Counted from the first letter of the stretch, positions 28,400 to 39,662 are shown. The stretch: DNA of 64,000 nucleotides from Bacillota bacterium (GCA_963666425.2 OY762825.2:1632001-1696000); one strand, 5' to 3'. The notes: generated by a model from the sequence alone, not told the origin. Program-made: numbers and translations.

Positions 28400-29404
28400 T
28401 TAGATTCTTTTCTGCAGCTGCAGCCAGGCAATGGTATCCTGCAGCGATTCCCGCATTTCACGGGCGGTGTAGCCGAAGGCGTCACTCGCCTTGGCATGGC
28501 TGAAAACAGCGTTGGAATTCAGCGTATAAAGCGAATAAGCCGTAAAGAGAGGTGTTTGCTGCCGCATTTTGGCATAAGCTTCGGTCAAAGCGGCGATGGG
28601 CCGGATCAGTCCGATCGGCAGACAGACTTTGATTTCTCTGATCCCGGTCAGCTGATGCAGCATGTCTAAAATTTCCCGCACCGTATAATAGCGGTTCGTG
28701 AGAAGATAACATTCGCCCGGTTTGCCTTGCTGACAGCAAGCTACGATGCCATTGGCCACATCGCGCACATCAACAAAATCATAGCCTCCGATCACACCGA
28801 CCGGCAGATGACCGCTGAAATAATCAATCACCAGGGTAGTCAGATGCCCTTTGCCGGGATCATACGGTCCACAGATACCGGAGGGATGCACAATATTGAG
28901 ATTGAGACCTTTGCCCGCTGCCTGCAGCACATAAGCGCTGGCTTCCGCTTTGGTTTTGGCGTAGAGTCCGGTGACTGCCTGCGGACTGAAATGATCGGTT
29001 TCGGTAATCACTTCTCCTTTTATCTTTTCCGGAATGGCATGCACCGAGCTGACATAGATATATTTCTTTACCTGATGGCTCAAACAAAGATCCGTGATGA
29101 TTTTGGTGCCGGTGACATTGACGTCGTAAACGATTTGCTGATATTGAGAAGCAATCGAAACGATACCGGCGCAATGGATGACAATCAGCTGCTCTTCGCG
29201 CGGATTGGCAAAAAACTCAGCCAGGCTTTCGCGTTGACGCACATCGCCGTAGCAGACTTCCATTTTCCCCTCAGGCAGATGTTTTTCTCCCGGCAGCACC
29301 AAAATACGCACTTGCCTGCCTAATTTCAGTAAAGCAGCAACCACCGTACTGCCCAAATGGCCGGCCGCACCGGTGACCAAATACAATTCGCTCATCGTTC
29401 TCAT
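28400..29404 (-). CDS. NAD-dependent epimerase/dehydratase (extended SDR, dihydroflavonol-reductase-like)
   Basis: VTGAAGHLG, YVSSVH, YAKTK, VDVRDVA. Confidence 0.9.
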   Translation of the reverse strand: MRTMSELYLVTGAAGHLGSTVVAALLKLGRQVRILVLPGEKHLPEGKMEVCYGDVRQRESLAEFFANPREEQLIVIHCAGIVSIASQYQQIVYDVNVTGTKIITDLCLSHQVKKYIYVSSVHAIPEKIKGEVITETDHFSPQAVTGLYAKTKAEASAYVLQAAGKGLNLNIVHPSGICGPYDPGKGHLTTLVIDYFSGHLPVGVIGGYDFVDVRDVANGIVACCQQGKPGECYLLTNRYYTVREILDMLHQLTGIREIKVCLPIGLIRPIAALTEAYAKMRQQTPLFTAYSLYTLNSNAVFSHAKASDAFGYTAREMRESLQDTIAWLQLQKRI

Positions 29405-29597
29405 CCTTTCCGGCTTACTTATAAAGCTGTCTGAGGCATCCTCAGCCGGCGTATCTCTGCGATGTCGTTCTGCCGATTGCCATCCAGTGCCGCTTTATTT
29501 GCCAATTATGAGGAATATTCTGTCTTTCAGAGCGAAATCCTTTGCTTAGGTAATAATTCCCTCAAGCGAAGAGATCTGATCTTCGTCTGCCCGTAGA

Positions 29598-29626
29598 TTG
29601 ACTCTCTTCGGCGATCGTGCTAGAAT
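29598..29626 (+). promoter_or_regulatory. Sigma-A promoter of the M20 gene
   Basis: TTGACT-17-TAGAAT with extended TG. Confidence 0.65.
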
Positions 29627-29655
29627 GAAAGCAAATTTGACTGGGAGGTACTGCT

Positions 29656-30834
29656 ATGAAAGAAAAACTGATTGCAAAAGTAGATGCCCTCAAAGAGGAA
29701 TTGCTCGCCCTTTCTCATCATATCCATGACAATCCGGAAATTGCTTATACCGAACACAAAGCGGTCGCTTTCTTGAGCGAAATCCTGACCAAGCACGGTT
29801 TTAGCGTGGAAACACCCTATGCCGGTGTAGAGACCGCTTTCCGCGCCAGCAAAAAAGGCAAAGAGCCCGGTCCGAAGATTGCTTTTCTGGCCGAATACGA
29901 CGCTTTGCCGGAGATTGGACACGCCTGCGGCCACAACATCATCGCCACCTGTTCCACCGGTGCTTTTCTTGCTTTAGCCGAGCTGATGGATCATTATAAC
30001 GGGGAGATCACGCTGATCGGCACTCCGGCCGAAGAAGCCGGCGGCGGTAAGATCCAGTTGCTGCGCAATGGCGGTTTTGACGGCATCGAATATGCGCTGA
30101 TGATGCATCCGAGTTCCGGTAGCAAAGGGCTTGTCAACCGCGGCGGCCGTGCAGCCACTTCGGTCAGTGTCGAATTCTTTGGCAAATCTGCTCACTCTTC
30201 CGGTCCGCAAGCCGGGATCAACGCCCTCAATGCGCTGATTGCTACTTTTAACCATATCGATCTGATGCGTCCGGCTCTGCATCCGCAAAGCAATATCAAC
30301 GGCATCATCACCAAAGGCGGCACTGTAGCCAATGCCATTCCCGATTATGCCGCCGCCAACTTCTCCCTGCGTTCTTCCACCCTGTTTGAGATGGAGAAAT
30401 TGGTGGAAGCCGTGAAGAAATGTGCGAAAACAGCAGAAGCTTTGGTCGGCGCCCGCTGTGAAATCAAAGTCGGCGATTTGTATGCCGAGCGTTATCCCAA
30501 TTGGCCGATGTGTGAAGCCTTTAAGAATAATATGGAATCCCTCGGCATGCCAATGGAAATCGGCAATCCGGTCGGCAACTACGGTTCTTCCGATATTGGC
30601 AATGTCTCCATCAAAATCCCGGCCATTCATGACTATCTGCCTGCCTGCCCGGCCGGTGTCAACAGTCATAATGCGGAATACACAGCCTATAGCGATAAAG
30701 CACAAGCCGACGCTACCTGTTTGCTTGGTGCCAAGGGATTGGCCATGACCGCGATCGATATTTTAGAAAAACCGGAACTGCGCCAACAAATCCAAGCTTA
30801 TTTTGTCAAGCAAATCCCACAGGAATACAAATAA
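29656..30834 (+). CDS. M20 family amidohydrolase (M20D/ACY1L2-like)
   Basis: AEYDALPEIGHACGHN, GTPAEE, MMHP, GSSDIGNVS. Confidence 0.9.
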   Translation: MKEKLIAKVDALKEELLALSHHIHDNPEIAYTEHKAVAFLSEILTKHGFSVETPYAGVETAFRASKKGKEPGPKIAFLAEYDALPEIGHACGHNIIATCSTGAFLALAELMDHYNGEITLIGTPAEEAGGGKIQLLRNGGFDGIEYALMMHPSSGSKGLVNRGGRAATSVSVEFFGKSAHSSGPQAGINALNALIATFNHIDLMRPALHPQSNINGIITKGGTVANAIPDYAAANFSLRSSTLFEMEKLVEAVKKCAKTAEALVGARCEIKVGDLYAERYPNWPMCEAFKNNMESLGMPMEIGNPVGNYGSSDIGNVSIKIPAIHDYLPACPAGVNSHNAEYTAYSDKAQADATCLLGAKGLAMTAIDILEKPELRQQIQAYFVKQIPQEYK

Positions 30835-30924
30835 AACAGTCTTACGCGTCAATCCTGCTCGAAAAACTCATGCTGCCTCCTTTGGCTGCGGCTTGACACA
30901 AATCCTATCAAATCAAATCAAACG

Positions 30925-30970
30925 AAAACCCGGAGATATCCCGCATGAGGGGATGATCTCCGGGTTTTTT
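30925..30970. terminator. Bidirectional intrinsic terminator
   Basis: AAAACCCGGAGAT...ATCTCCGGGTTTTT. Confidence 0.75.
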
Positions 30971-30987
30971 GTTTATTTTTTCGTTGC

Positions 30988-31962
30988 TCAATTTTCTTCC
31001 GGAAAGCGATTGACCTGCCAGAAGGGCTGCTTGCCACGCAGCACCCGATCAATTTCTTCTGCCGCCTGCAGCGCCATGGCATCGAAGGCTTCCACTGTAT
31101 GCGCCGCATAATGCGGTGTGATCAGCACATTCGGCAAAGCAAACAACGGATTGCTGTAATCAAAAGGTTCCTGCTGCAGCACATCCAAAGCAGCACCGGC
31201 GATTTGCTTATTTTCCAGTGCGGCAATCAAATCTGCCTCCACCAGAATATCGCCTCTGGCTGTATTGATCAACCAAGCCTGCGGCTGCATCCAGGCGAAT
31301 TCTGCACTGCCCACGCTGCCTTTGGTCTGGGCGGTAGAAGGCAGATGGATGCTGAGATAATCCGCTTCGCGAAACACAGCCTCCCGCGATTTCACCGCAT
31401 CCACACAAGGCGGCTGATTTTCTGCACTAAGGTGTGGACTGTAGGCAATCACTTTCATGCCAAAGGCTGCCTTGGCCATGCTGGCTACCTGAGAACCGAT
31501 GTTCCCCAAGCCGATGATCCCCAAAACCTTACCCCGCAGTTCATGGCAGAAAATCCGGTCACGCACTTGAAAATTTCCGGCTAAAAAGCTTGGTTCTAAT
31601 TCGCTGTAGCGTTTGGCACAGGCGAGTAAAAGGAAAATCGTATACTCCGCAACCGCGTTGCTGTTGGCCAGCGGTGTGTTGGTCACATAAATCTTCCGTT
31701 TGGCCGCCGCTGTAAGATCGACATTGTCATAGCCAACACCGAAGCGAGCGACGATCTTCAAACGATTGGCATTGGCCAGGACTTGCTCCGTCACCGGGGT
31801 CGCCCGCACCAGCAGCGCATCGCAGTCCCTGATTTCTCGCGCTACGACCGCTTCCGAATAATCACTGCCCAGCCTGACTTCGTAACCTTGCCGCAATAAA
31901 AAATCGATACCGGTTTGCGCTATCTTCTGAGGCAGCAGAATTCTTGCTTTCAAATTGGTCAC
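30988..31962 (-). CDS. D-2-hydroxyacid dehydrogenase (phosphoglycerate dehydrogenase-like)
   Basis: GVGYDNVD, GLGNIG, INTARG, LDV..EP, TPH. Confidence 0.9.
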   Translation of the reverse strand: MTNLKARILLPQKIAQTGIDFLLRQGYEVRLGSDYSEAVVAREIRDCDALLVRATPVTEQVLANANRLKIVARFGVGYDNVDLTAAAKRKIYVTNTPLANSNAVAEYTIFLLLACAKRYSELEPSFLAGNFQVRDRIFCHELRGKVLGIIGLGNIGSQVASMAKAAFGMKVIAYSPHLSAENQPPCVDAVKSREAVFREADYLSIHLPSTAQTKGSVGSAEFAWMQPQAWLINTARGDILVEADLIAALENKQIAGAALDVLQQEPFDYSNPLFALPNVLITPHYAAHTVEAFDAMALQAAEEIDRVLRGKQPFWQVNRFPEEN

Positions 31963-31966
31963 CCTC

Positions 31967-32479
31967 CTACATTCCTGCCAGTTTCATGACTTTTGGCGCT
32001 GCGGTAATAAACCAAACGGCGTATTGCCGCGGATTATTTTGTAAATCTTCAGCCAAATCGTGAAAACGAATCCATTTCATCTCGGATGCTTCTTCCGGAT
32101 TGCGGCTGAAATGTCCCTCATAGTCAGCCAGGAAAACATGATCAAACTCATATTCCGTCAATTGATTGCTAAATTCAGCGCGATAGACAAAAGAAAACAC
32201 TTCCTTAATCGGACAGACGATGCCCGCCTCCTGCCACAGCCGTTCTCTGGCTGCCGATTCCAGGTTTTCTCCCATTCTGGCGTGCGAGCAGCAGGTATTC
32301 GCCCAAAGACCGGCGGAATGATATTTTGTCTCGGCTCTCTTTTGAATCAGCATCTCACCGTTGTGCACCAAAAAAACCGAAAATGCTCTGTGCAGCAAGC
32401 CTGCCTGATGCACTGCCAGCTTTTCGCCGCTGCCAAGCGCCCGGTCGAAGACATCAACCAGGATCAAATCCTGACTCAT
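31967..32479 (-). CDS. idi: Isopentenyl-diphosphate delta-isomerase, type 1
   Basis: LHRAFSVF, WANTCCSH, EYEFDHVF, YAVWF; RBS AAGGAG supports start at 32479. Confidence 0.9.
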   Translation of the reverse strand: MSQDLILVDVFDRALGSGEKLAVHQAGLLHRAFSVFLVHNGEMLIQKRAETKYHSAGLWANTCCSHARMGENLESAARERLWQEAGIVCPIKEVFSFVYRAEFSNQLTEYEFDHVFLADYEGHFSRNPEEASEMKWIRFHDLAEDLQNNPRQYAVWFITAAPKVMKLAGM

Positions 32480-32656
32480 CTGTTCATCTCCTTTTAGCGC
32501 GATTCCTGCTCGCACTGCAATCGAACTGCCGATCTGACCGGCATTGACCCGATGCGATCCTCTTAGTGTGTCTCTCTTGATTCTCATTCTACTCCGCTGC
32601 CAAAATAACCTGCCATTTTGCCTGAACGCCGTCCCAGAGTGCAACAGGCAAAAAGC

Positions 32657-32690
32657 AACTCCTCTGATTCTTTGAGAGTCAGAGGAGTTT
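32657..32690 (-). terminator. Terminator after rsmG
   Basis: AACTCCTCTGATTC/GAGTCAGAGGAGTT stem followed by a T-run on the - strand. Confidence 0.7.
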
Positions 32691-32698
32691 TCCTTGGC

Positions 32699-33418
32699 TT
32701 AAAGAGGATTTTCTTTGGGTGTGCCGGCTTGGCGGGGATACTTTGTCGGCGTTTGACGAATTTTTTTTACCAAAAGCAAGCGTCTGTCCTGTCCGCTGAA
32801 CGGCAGTTGCAAGCAGCAGTCCCGCTCCGCTCTGCCTCCCAACAGCTGCAAGGCGTTTTGTGCCTCGGATAGCTCTTCGGTCAAAGACGGTCCTTTTAAA
32901 GCCAAGAATCTGCCGCCGGAACGGACAAAAGGCAGACAATATTCTAAAAGCACCGGCAAGGGTGCCACGGCTCTGGCCAAAGCCAGGTCGTAACGTTCAC
33001 GATGCAAAGCTAAGTGGGCGCCGTCTTCCGCTCTGGCGTGCAGCAGAGAAGCCGATAAATCCAGTCTTTCCAGCAGCTGACGTAAAAATTCCAAACGTTT
33101 GCCCAGAGAATCCAACAGCACAAGCTGCAAACCCGGTTCCAGGATCAGCAGCGGCACCCCGGGGAAACCGGCACCGGTGCCAATATCGATGACCCACATG
33201 CCGGAACGCAAAGAAACCAATTGCAGAACCGTGAGAGAATCTAAAAAATGTTTTTCGATAATCTCAAATTCATCCGTTACGGTGGTAAGGTTGATCTTTT
33301 GATTGTATTGCAATAAAAAATCAGCATAAATATCAAATCGCTGCAGCTGCTTCTCCGTCAGTTCAATGCCCAACTCTGCCGCACCTGTTTTCAGCTTCTC
33401 TAAATTCTCTTCTTTCAT
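32699..33418 (-). CDS. rsmG: 16S rRNA m7G527 methyltransferase
   Basis: [32 protein letters not shown]; ATGA-coupled to mnmG. Confidence 0.96.
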   Translation of the reverse strand: MKEENLEKLKTGAAELGIELTEKQLQRFDIYADFLLQYNQKINLTTVTDEFEIIEKHFLDSLTVLQLVSLRSGMWVIDIGTGAGFPGVPLLILEPGLQLVLLDSLGKRLEFLRQLLERLDLSASLLHARAEDGAHLALHRERYDLALARAVAPLPVLLEYCLPFVRSGGRFLALKGPSLTEELSEAQNALQLLGGRAERDCCLQLPFSGQDRRLLLVKKIRQTPTKYPRQAGTPKENPL

Positions 33419-35295
33419 GACCGTTGCTCTCCTTTCCGACGCTGCTGCTCCAGCCAAATCAGCAAGACCGAAATATCCGCCGGGCTAACACCGGAAATCC
33501 GGGCAGCCTGGCCCAAATTACGCGGACGCACCCGGCTGAGCTTTTCTCTGGCTTCCTTGGATAGGCCCTGTAACGTTTGATAGGGTAGATTCTCCGCCAA
33601 AACAGTAAATTCCAGCTGTTGCTGATGCTGAACCTGCTCGGTTTGCTGCTTGATATAGCCGGCATAACAAACCTCTACTTCCACCTGGCTGCGCACCTCG
33701 GGTGATAAAGCCGCCAGCTCGCTGTCGAAAGGCAGCAATACTTCCATATTCAGCTCCGGCCGACGCAGCAGGGCAGCAAGGGAAGTGCTGTGTTCCATCG
33801 CTGTCGTGCCGGCTTTTTCCAGCACGGCGTTTAACGCCTCGCTTGGGGCGAGGAAGACACGCTCCACGCGTTCGATTTGCCGGTCGACCGCCTCTCTCTT
33901 GCTGCAGAAACGTTGGTAACGTTGTTCATCGATCAAACCTAAGGCATATCCATCAGGTGTCAGGCGCCGATCGGCGTTATCCTGACGTAAAATCAACCGG
34001 TATTCCGAGCGGGCGGTCATCATCCGGTAAGGCTCATTGGTGCCTTTGGTGACCAAATCATCAATCAAAACGCCGATATAGGCTTGCCAACGCTGTAAAA
34101 TCAGGGGCTCTTTGCCTTGCAGAGCCAAAACGGCATTAATCCCTGCCATCAAGCCCTGGGCTGCCGCTTCTTCATAACCGGAAGTACCGTTCAGCTGCCC
34201 GGCACTGTAGAGACCTGGGATGCGTTTCCACTGCAAGTCGGATTTCAATTCCAAAGGGTCCAGGCAATCATATTCAATGGCATAGCCGGGACGCATGATC
34301 TCAACCTGTTCCAATCCCGGGATGGTGCGTAAAAAAGCCAGCTGAATATCCATTGGCAAACTGGTTGACATCCCTTGCACATACATTTCTTCCGTAGCCA
34401 ACCCGGTTGGTTCGATAAACAGCTGATGCCGGTCTTTATCGGCAAAGCGCATGACTTTATCTTCAATACTGGGGCAATACCGCGGCCCGGTGCCCTTGAT
34501 TACGCCGCTGAACAGCGGTGCCCGGTGAATATTTGCCTTGATGAGCGCGTGCGTGGCGGGGTTTGTCCAAGTCAGCCAACAGCAGCGAGTCGGTAAATCG
34601 GGATAGGGAGAATCGAAGCCAAAGCGTTCTTTTACTTCATCCCCATTTTGTCGGATCATTTTGCTGTAATCCAAACTATTGCCGTCCACCCGGGCGGGAG
34701 TTCCTGTTTTGAACCGCCGTAAGCTGACGCCAAGACGCTGCAAGGCGGTGGTTAGAGCCAAGGCTGCTTGCTGCCCATCCGGTCCGGAAGTGATTTGGTA
34801 ATCACCGATGATCACTTTGCCGCCAAGAAAAGTACCGGTCGCCAAAATCACTTTCGGCGCCGTGAAAACGCGGCCCAATTGATCGACCACCCCGCTGACC
34901 GCTCCCTCTTCCGTTAAGATGTCCTCCACCAGAGCTTGTTTCAATTGTAAATTCGGCTGAATTTCCAGGATATGCTTCATATAACGCAGATAAAGACCGC
35001 GATCAATCTGCGCCCGATAAGACTGCACTGCCGGTCCCTTGCTCGTATTCAGGCAGCGCATTTGAATGGCACAGGCATCGGCTGCCTTTGCTATTTCTCC
35101 ACCCAGCGCATCAATTTCTTTGATCAGATGACTTTTCGCCGGACCGCCCATGGCAGGATTGCAAGGCAATTGCGCTACAAAATCCAAACCAATGGCTAAA
35201 AGCAAGGTGCGGGCTCCCATTCTGGCCGCTGCCAATGCTGCCTCGCAGCCGGCATGTCCGGCGCCAACCACAATCAGATCATAATCGTATTGCAT
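33415..35295 (-). CDS. mnmG: tRNA uridine-5-carboxymethylaminomethyl synthesis enzyme
   Basis: [40 protein letters not shown]. Confidence 0.97.
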   Translation of the reverse strand: MQYDYDLIVVGAGHAGCEAALAAARMGARTLLLAIGLDFVAQLPCNPAMGGPAKSHLIKEIDALGGEIAKAADACAIQMRCLNTSKGPAVQSYRAQIDRGLYLRYMKHILEIQPNLQLKQALVEDILTEEGAVSGVVDQLGRVFTAPKVILATGTFLGGKVIIGDYQITSGPDGQQAALALTTALQRLGVSLRRFKTGTPARVDGNSLDYSKMIRQNGDEVKERFGFDSPYPDLPTRCCWLTWTNPATHALIKANIHRAPLFSGVIKGTGPRYCPSIEDKVMRFADKDRHQLFIEPTGLATEEMYVQGMSTSLPMDIQLAFLRTIPGLEQVEIMRPGYAIEYDCLDPLELKSDLQWKRIPGLYSAGQLNGTSGYEEAAAQGLMAGINAVLALQGKEPLILQRWQAYIGVLIDDLVTKGTNEPYRMMTARSEYRLILRQDNADRRLTPDGYALGLIDEQRYQRFCSKREAVDRQIERVERVFLAPSEALNAVLEKAGTTAMEHSTSLAALLRRPELNMEVLLPFDSELAALSPEVRSQVEVEVCYAGYIKQQTEQVQHQQQLEFTVLAENLPYQTLQGLSKEAREKLSRVRPRNLGQAARISGVSPADISVLLIWLEQQRRKGEQRS

Positions 35296-35307
35296 TTGAC
35301 TTCACCT

Positions 35308-36693
35308 CTATTTGCCAACGCAAAACTGGCTGAAAATCGTATCGATAATATCTTCTGAAACCAATTCTCCGCTGATGGCAGCCAGTGCTTCATAAGCGGA
35401 ACGCAAATGAATCACGTAACAGTCCTCCGGCAACCCGACCGCGACTGCCTGCCGACAGGCTTCCACCTGCCGCAAAGCCTGTTCCACCGCGTCTTTATGC
35501 CTTAAATTGGTTAAGATCGGTTCGTTGCCGGCTGTCACTCTACCGGTCAGCACTCGCTGCCGAATCGCGTCCAGTAAATCCTCCAGACCTTCACCCAAAG
35601 CAGCCGCAATCGCAATTGGTTTTTGCTCAAAACCCAATTGCCGCAGTTCTTGCCGCAGATTACCGCCATCGGCGAGATCGGTCTTATTGATCACCAACAG
35701 CAGCGGTCTGTTTTTTACGAGAACTGCCAATTCCCGATCTTCCGCTTGCAGCGCTTCTTTGGCATCCAAGACCCATAAGACAAGATCGGCGGTATCGATG
35801 GCAGCCCGAGTGCGAATCATGCCCAGTTGTTCAATTTCATCGGCACTTTCGTGCAAGCCTGCCGTATCCACTAAGCGCATCACGATCCCATCCAGAGAAA
35901 AACGCTCTTCCAAAACATCACGGGTCGTGCCGGCAATGGCTGTCACGATTGCCCTATCTTCTCCCAGCAGGCTGTTTAGCAAGGAGGATTTGCCCACATT
36001 CGGCCGTCCCACGATCACAACTTTTAAGCCCTGCCGCAGGATTCTGCCCTGATCCGCCGTGACCAGCAGCTGCTGCAAGTCGCTAGCCAAAGCTGTTAAA
36101 TTTTGATCGAACTCCTGACAATCCAGCGGTTCGTAGTCGTCGGGAAAATCAATAGAAACCTCAATGACGGCGATCAAATGCAGGAATTCCCTAGTCAATT
36201 GGCCGATTCTCCGTCCCAAGAGGCCACTGAGCTGTGCCATCGCCTGCGCGGCTCCGGCTGCACCATCGGCCTGAATCAAATCCCTGACTGCCTCCGCCTG
36301 GGTCAAATCCAAGCGGCCGCTTAAGAACGCCCGTTTGGTAAATTCACCGGCTGTGGCTAGCAAAGCCCCCGACTGCAGTAAAAGCTGCAAAACCCGCTGC
36401 ACAACTACAATACCGCCGTGGGTTTGAATTTCCACCACATCTTCACCGGTGTAACTATGCGGCGCGGCAAAATAAAAACTGATCACTTCGTCAATGCAGC
36501 GACCACTGAGCGGTTCTATGACAGAACCGTAGTAGACCTGCCGCGGCTGCATCTTACCCGTTCGGCAGCCCGGCAGCAAGAGCACTTTACGGGCAATTTC
36601 TTCTGCATGATCTCCGCTTAAGCGTACAATCCCAATACCACCTTCGCCGGGTGGTGTTGAAATAGCAGCAATCGTATCACCGGAAGTCCACAT
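35308..36693 (-). CDS. mnmE: tRNA modification GTPase
   Basis: DTIAAISTP, GRPNVGKSS, GTTRD, DTAG, NKTD, C-terminal FCVGK. Confidence 0.97.
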   Translation of the reverse strand: MWTSGDTIAAISTPPGEGGIGIVRLSGDHAEEIARKVLLLPGCRTGKMQPRQVYYGSVIEPLSGRCIDEVISFYFAAPHSYTGEDVVEIQTHGGIVVVQRVLQLLLQSGALLATAGEFTKRAFLSGRLDLTQAEAVRDLIQADGAAGAAQAMAQLSGLLGRRIGQLTREFLHLIAVIEVSIDFPDDYEPLDCQEFDQNLTALASDLQQLLVTADQGRILRQGLKVVIVGRPNVGKSSLLNSLLGEDRAIVTAIAGTTRDVLEERFSLDGIVMRLVDTAGLHESADEIEQLGMIRTRAAIDTADLVLWVLDAKEALQAEDRELAVLVKNRPLLLVINKTDLADGGNLRQELRQLGFEQKPIAIAAALGEGLEDLLDAIRQRVLTGRVTAGNEPILTNLRHKDAVEQALRQVEACRQAVAVGLPEDCYVIHLRSAYEALAAISGELVSEDIIDTIFSQFCVGK

Positions 36694-36826
36694 ACAGGTA
36701 TCACCCACCTTAACTACACATCAAAAAAAAATCAATTTTGATTGTATCAATCTAAAACAGAAGCATAGCACGTTTTGCTTAACACGCTATGCTTACATTT
36801 GTATTCAACCTGAACTAGGTTTTTGC

Positions 36827-37852
36827 TTATTTTTTGTAAATCACCACGTGTCGACGGCTGTCTTCACCGGCACTTTCCGTATAAACCGTCTCGCTGTCCT
36901 GTAACGCCATATGAATCAGGCGCCGTTCTCTGGCAGACATCGGCTCTAAGGAAATCGATTTTTCTGTGCTTTCCACTTCTCTGGCTAAGCGTTTGGCTAA
37001 ACGGATCAGCGTCTCTTCCCGACGCTTGCGATAATCACCGACATTCAATGTGATGCGCTGATGTTCTTCCCGGCCGCGATTAACCACAACCGTCAATAAA
37101 TACTGGAAGGCATCCAGGGTGTTGCCGCGCTTGCCAATCAAAATACCTAAATCATCGGCGTCTCCCAACAGATTGACCACAATGCTGTCCTCTTCTGTCC
37201 GAACGTTGACCCGACATTTTAACTGCATCGCCTGAATCATCTCGGCAGCGAACTTGTAGGCCCGCGCCGGAGCTTCCTCGGTAGGAATGGCCCAAACTTC
37301 ATCATCCATTTCGGTGATTTGCTTTTCTTCCGCAAAATTCTGACGCCCGCGTTTTTCGCTGCTGTCACGCTGTTCACTGTAATTGCCGCGAATACGATTG
37401 CTCTGACGCTCGGCATACTCCGGGCGGCTGCTCTGTCTGGGTAAGGATGACTGCGGTTGCGGTTCATTTTTGCTTGCTGGGCGGGGGTTAATTTTTTCTT
37501 CCGACAGCTGCTGAATGACCGGTTTACTTGCCACGACCGGAGATGCGCTTGATTTTAACTCCTGCACTTTGGGCTGTGCTTTTGTTTCCCGCTGCGGTTC
37601 TTTGGCTTTTTCCGGATCTGCCTTTAAGCTCAGATTCAAATCGGCTTTGAGTAAATCAGCAAAAGAGATTTTCTCTTCCGGTTCCACTTCGGTTAAGCGT
37701 ACTTCGGCTGCTTTCGCACCCAAACCCAAAAAACCTTTGCTGCCCGGTTCGATAATTTCTACACGGACCCGTTCTCTGGTTAACTGCAGCTCCTGCAAGC
37801 CAGACCAGATCGCTTCGTCCACTGTTTTTCCCTTTTTATTAATTATTCGCAT
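36827..37852 (-). CDS. jag: RNA-binding protein Jag/EloR/KhpB
   Basis: Jag_N (GKTVDEAI...KGFLGLG), KH (LIGKRGNTL), R3H (ERRLIH). Confidence 0.94.
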   Translation of the reverse strand: MRIINKKGKTVDEAIWSGLQELQLTRERVRVEIIEPGSKGFLGLGAKAAEVRLTEVEPEEKISFADLLKADLNLSLKADPEKAKEPQRETKAQPKVQELKSSASPVVASKPVIQQLSEEKINPRPASKNEPQPQSSLPRQSSRPEYAERQSNRIRGNYSEQRDSSEKRGRQNFAEEKQITEMDDEVWAIPTEEAPARAYKFAAEMIQAMQLKCRVNVRTEEDSIVVNLLGDADDLGILIGKRGNTLDAFQYLLTVVVNRGREEHQRITLNVGDYRKRREETLIRLAKRLAREVESTEKSISLEPMSARERRLIHMALQDSETVYTESAGEDSRRHVVIYKK

Positions 37853-37883
37853 GAACGCATGTCACCCTTTCCTAAGGTGCTAC

Positions 37884-38546
37884 CTATTTCTTCGTCACGG
37901 CTGTTTCCACAATGGGTTCCACCTTAATAAAATAGTTCAAAATCACTTGCTGTCCCATGGTGCAGAATTGACTGGTAGCCCAATATAGTCCCAAACTGGA
38001 CGGCTGACTCCAGCAAATCCAAACCATCATGGCCGGCATCATTAAAACCATCGTTTTTTGCTGCGGATCTTTAGTCATACCCGAAGCCCAAGATTGCAGG
38101 TAAGAAGCGACTCCGGCTAAAATCGGCAGAATATAATAAGGATCTTTCACCGATAAGTCTTTCAGCCAAAGGAAGGCACTGGCTGCGCCTTCCGGAAACA
38201 CAATCGTACGGAAGACAGAAAGAACAGCGATAAAGATAGGAAGCTGCAGCAGCACCGGTAAACAGCCAAGCAGTGGATTCACACCATATTTTTTCCAGAG
38301 GATGGAGGTTTCATTATTAATTTTTTCCGGATTACCCTTGAATTTCTCGTTAATCTCTTTAATTTGAGGTTGTAGAATCTGAGTGGCTTTCATTTGTCTG
38401 ACAGAAGCGATCCTGGTAGGGGTTAACAGGGCAGTAAAAATGACAGTAAACAAAATGATAGCCAGACCATAATTGCCTGTAATGTTAAAGCACCAGTCGA
38501 GGCAAAATTGAGCAATTCTGGTGATCGATGCCATGATTGAAGACAT
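37884..38546 (-). CDS. yidC: Membrane protein insertase YidC/SpoIIIJ
   Basis: YGLAII, LQPQIKEI, VNPLLGCLP.LLQLPIF, DPYYILP, LYW. Confidence 0.93.
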   Translation of the reverse strand: MSSIMASITRIAQFCLDWCFNITGNYGLAIILFTVIFTALLTPTRIASVRQMKATQILQPQIKEINEKFKGNPEKINNETSILWKKYGVNPLLGCLPVLLQLPIFIAVLSVFRTIVFPEGAASAFLWLKDLSVKDPYYILPILAGVASYLQSWASGMTKDPQQKTMVLMMPAMMVWICWSQPSSLGLYWATSQFCTMGQQVILNYFIKVEPIVETAVTKK

Positions 38547-38667
38547 AATCTGCTCCTTTCGATCATATAATCTATATTATTTATAAAGAGGAATGAAATC
38601 ATCAATTTTATTCATACTCTTGAAAGAACAATCTCATTCGTTGTTTTCAAATTGTAAGAATCCCGAT

Positions 38668-38880
38668 TTAGGGTAGCGGATCATATCCCCCCGCATGCCA
38701 TGGACCGCATTTCAGGATGCGTTTCACTGCCAGGAGGCCGCCTTTGGCAACACCATATCGATTGATTGCTTCATAAGCGTACTGAGAACAAGTTGGCTGA
38801 AACCGACAGGTTGAGCGTCCTTTCAAAGGAGAAAGAAAGCGCTGATAGAAAGAAATCAGCGATAAGCAAATCTTTTTCAT
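38668..38880 (-). CDS. yidD: Membrane protein insertion efficiency factor
   Basis: [22 protein letters not shown]. Confidence 0.95.
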   Translation of the reverse strand: MKKICLSLISFYQRFLSPLKGRSTCRFQPTCSQYAYEAINRYGVAKGGLLAVKRILKCGPWHAGGYDPLP

Positions 38881-38900
38881 CTTTGTTTTCCTTCTCTTTT

Positions 38901-39257
38901 TCAGGAAGCCTGGTTGAGCCAGTGGATCGCTTTGCTTTCACATTTCGCATAAGCTTCGGCGATTTGAGCGTAGCGGACCTGCAGGGCCTGTTTACGCAGC
39001 ATCACGACGATGTCGTAGCCGGAAAAGCAGTCAGACTTGCTGTTCAAGCGAACTACTTCCCGCAATTGCCGCCGGATACGGTTGCGCTGTACAGCGTTGC
39101 CGATTTTCTTACCGGAAGCAAACCCGATCCGGCAGACTTTACTGCCCGGTTTACGCAGCAGATAAATCACAAGCAAAGGATGCACAAAAAAACGTCCTTT
39201 GTCGTATACTTTCTGGAAATCGCGGTTTTTTTGCAGTTTTATCCAGCGTTTTTTCAA
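38901..39257 (-). CDS. rnpA: Ribonuclease P protein component
   Basis: [18 protein letters not shown]. Confidence 0.95.
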   Translation of the reverse strand: MKKRWIKLQKNRDFQKVYDKGRFFVHPLLVIYLLRKPGSKVCRIGFASGKKIGNAVQRNRIRRQLREVVRLNSKSDCFSGYDIVVMLRKQALQVRYAQIAEAYAKCESKAIHWLNQAS

Positions 39258-39370
39258 AGTTTCACTCTTTTCATTTCAATAAGAAGTTACTTCTCCCGCC
39301 AAAAACTTCCCGTCAAAAATAGATGGTTTAGAGCGAGACATGGAAAAAAGACCACGCAAGGGTGGCCTTT

Positions 39371-39505
39371 TTATGCAGTCAGTTTTTTTCTGCCTTTTAG
39401 GCGACGACGGCTTATGGTAAGACGTCCACCGCGGGTTGACATCCGTTTGAGAAAACCGTGATCATTTTTACGCTTCCGTTTGTTAGGCTGATATGTTCTC
39501 AGCAT
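39371..39505 (-). CDS. rpmH: 50S ribosomal protein L34
   Basis: Not in ORF track. Hand translation gives [44 protein letters not shown]; RBS AAGGAGGT. Confidence 0.97.
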   Translation of the reverse strand: MLRTYQPNKRKRKNDHGFLKRMSTRGGRLTISRRRLKGRKKLTA

Positions 39506-39585
39506 TGTCCAACACCTCCTTCTATCACCATCCTGTTATTTGCGGGCAAATCACAGGCTTCAGGCAATGTTACAGTATAGAAAGC

Positions 39586-39614
39586 ATTATAATCGAAAAG
39601 TCTGTATCTGTCAA
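39586..39614 (-). promoter_or_regulatory. rpmH sigma-A promoter
   Basis: Perfect TTGACA-17-TATAAT on the - strand. Confidence 0.85.
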
Positions 39615-39662
39615 TCATTTGCAACAGCGTTTTGAAACTTGTCCGCTCAGATCGGAAAAAAG

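Noticed and set aside
38766-39461. 231-aa + strand ORF
   Set aside because: Antisense to yidD, rnpA and rpmH, which are unambiguous.
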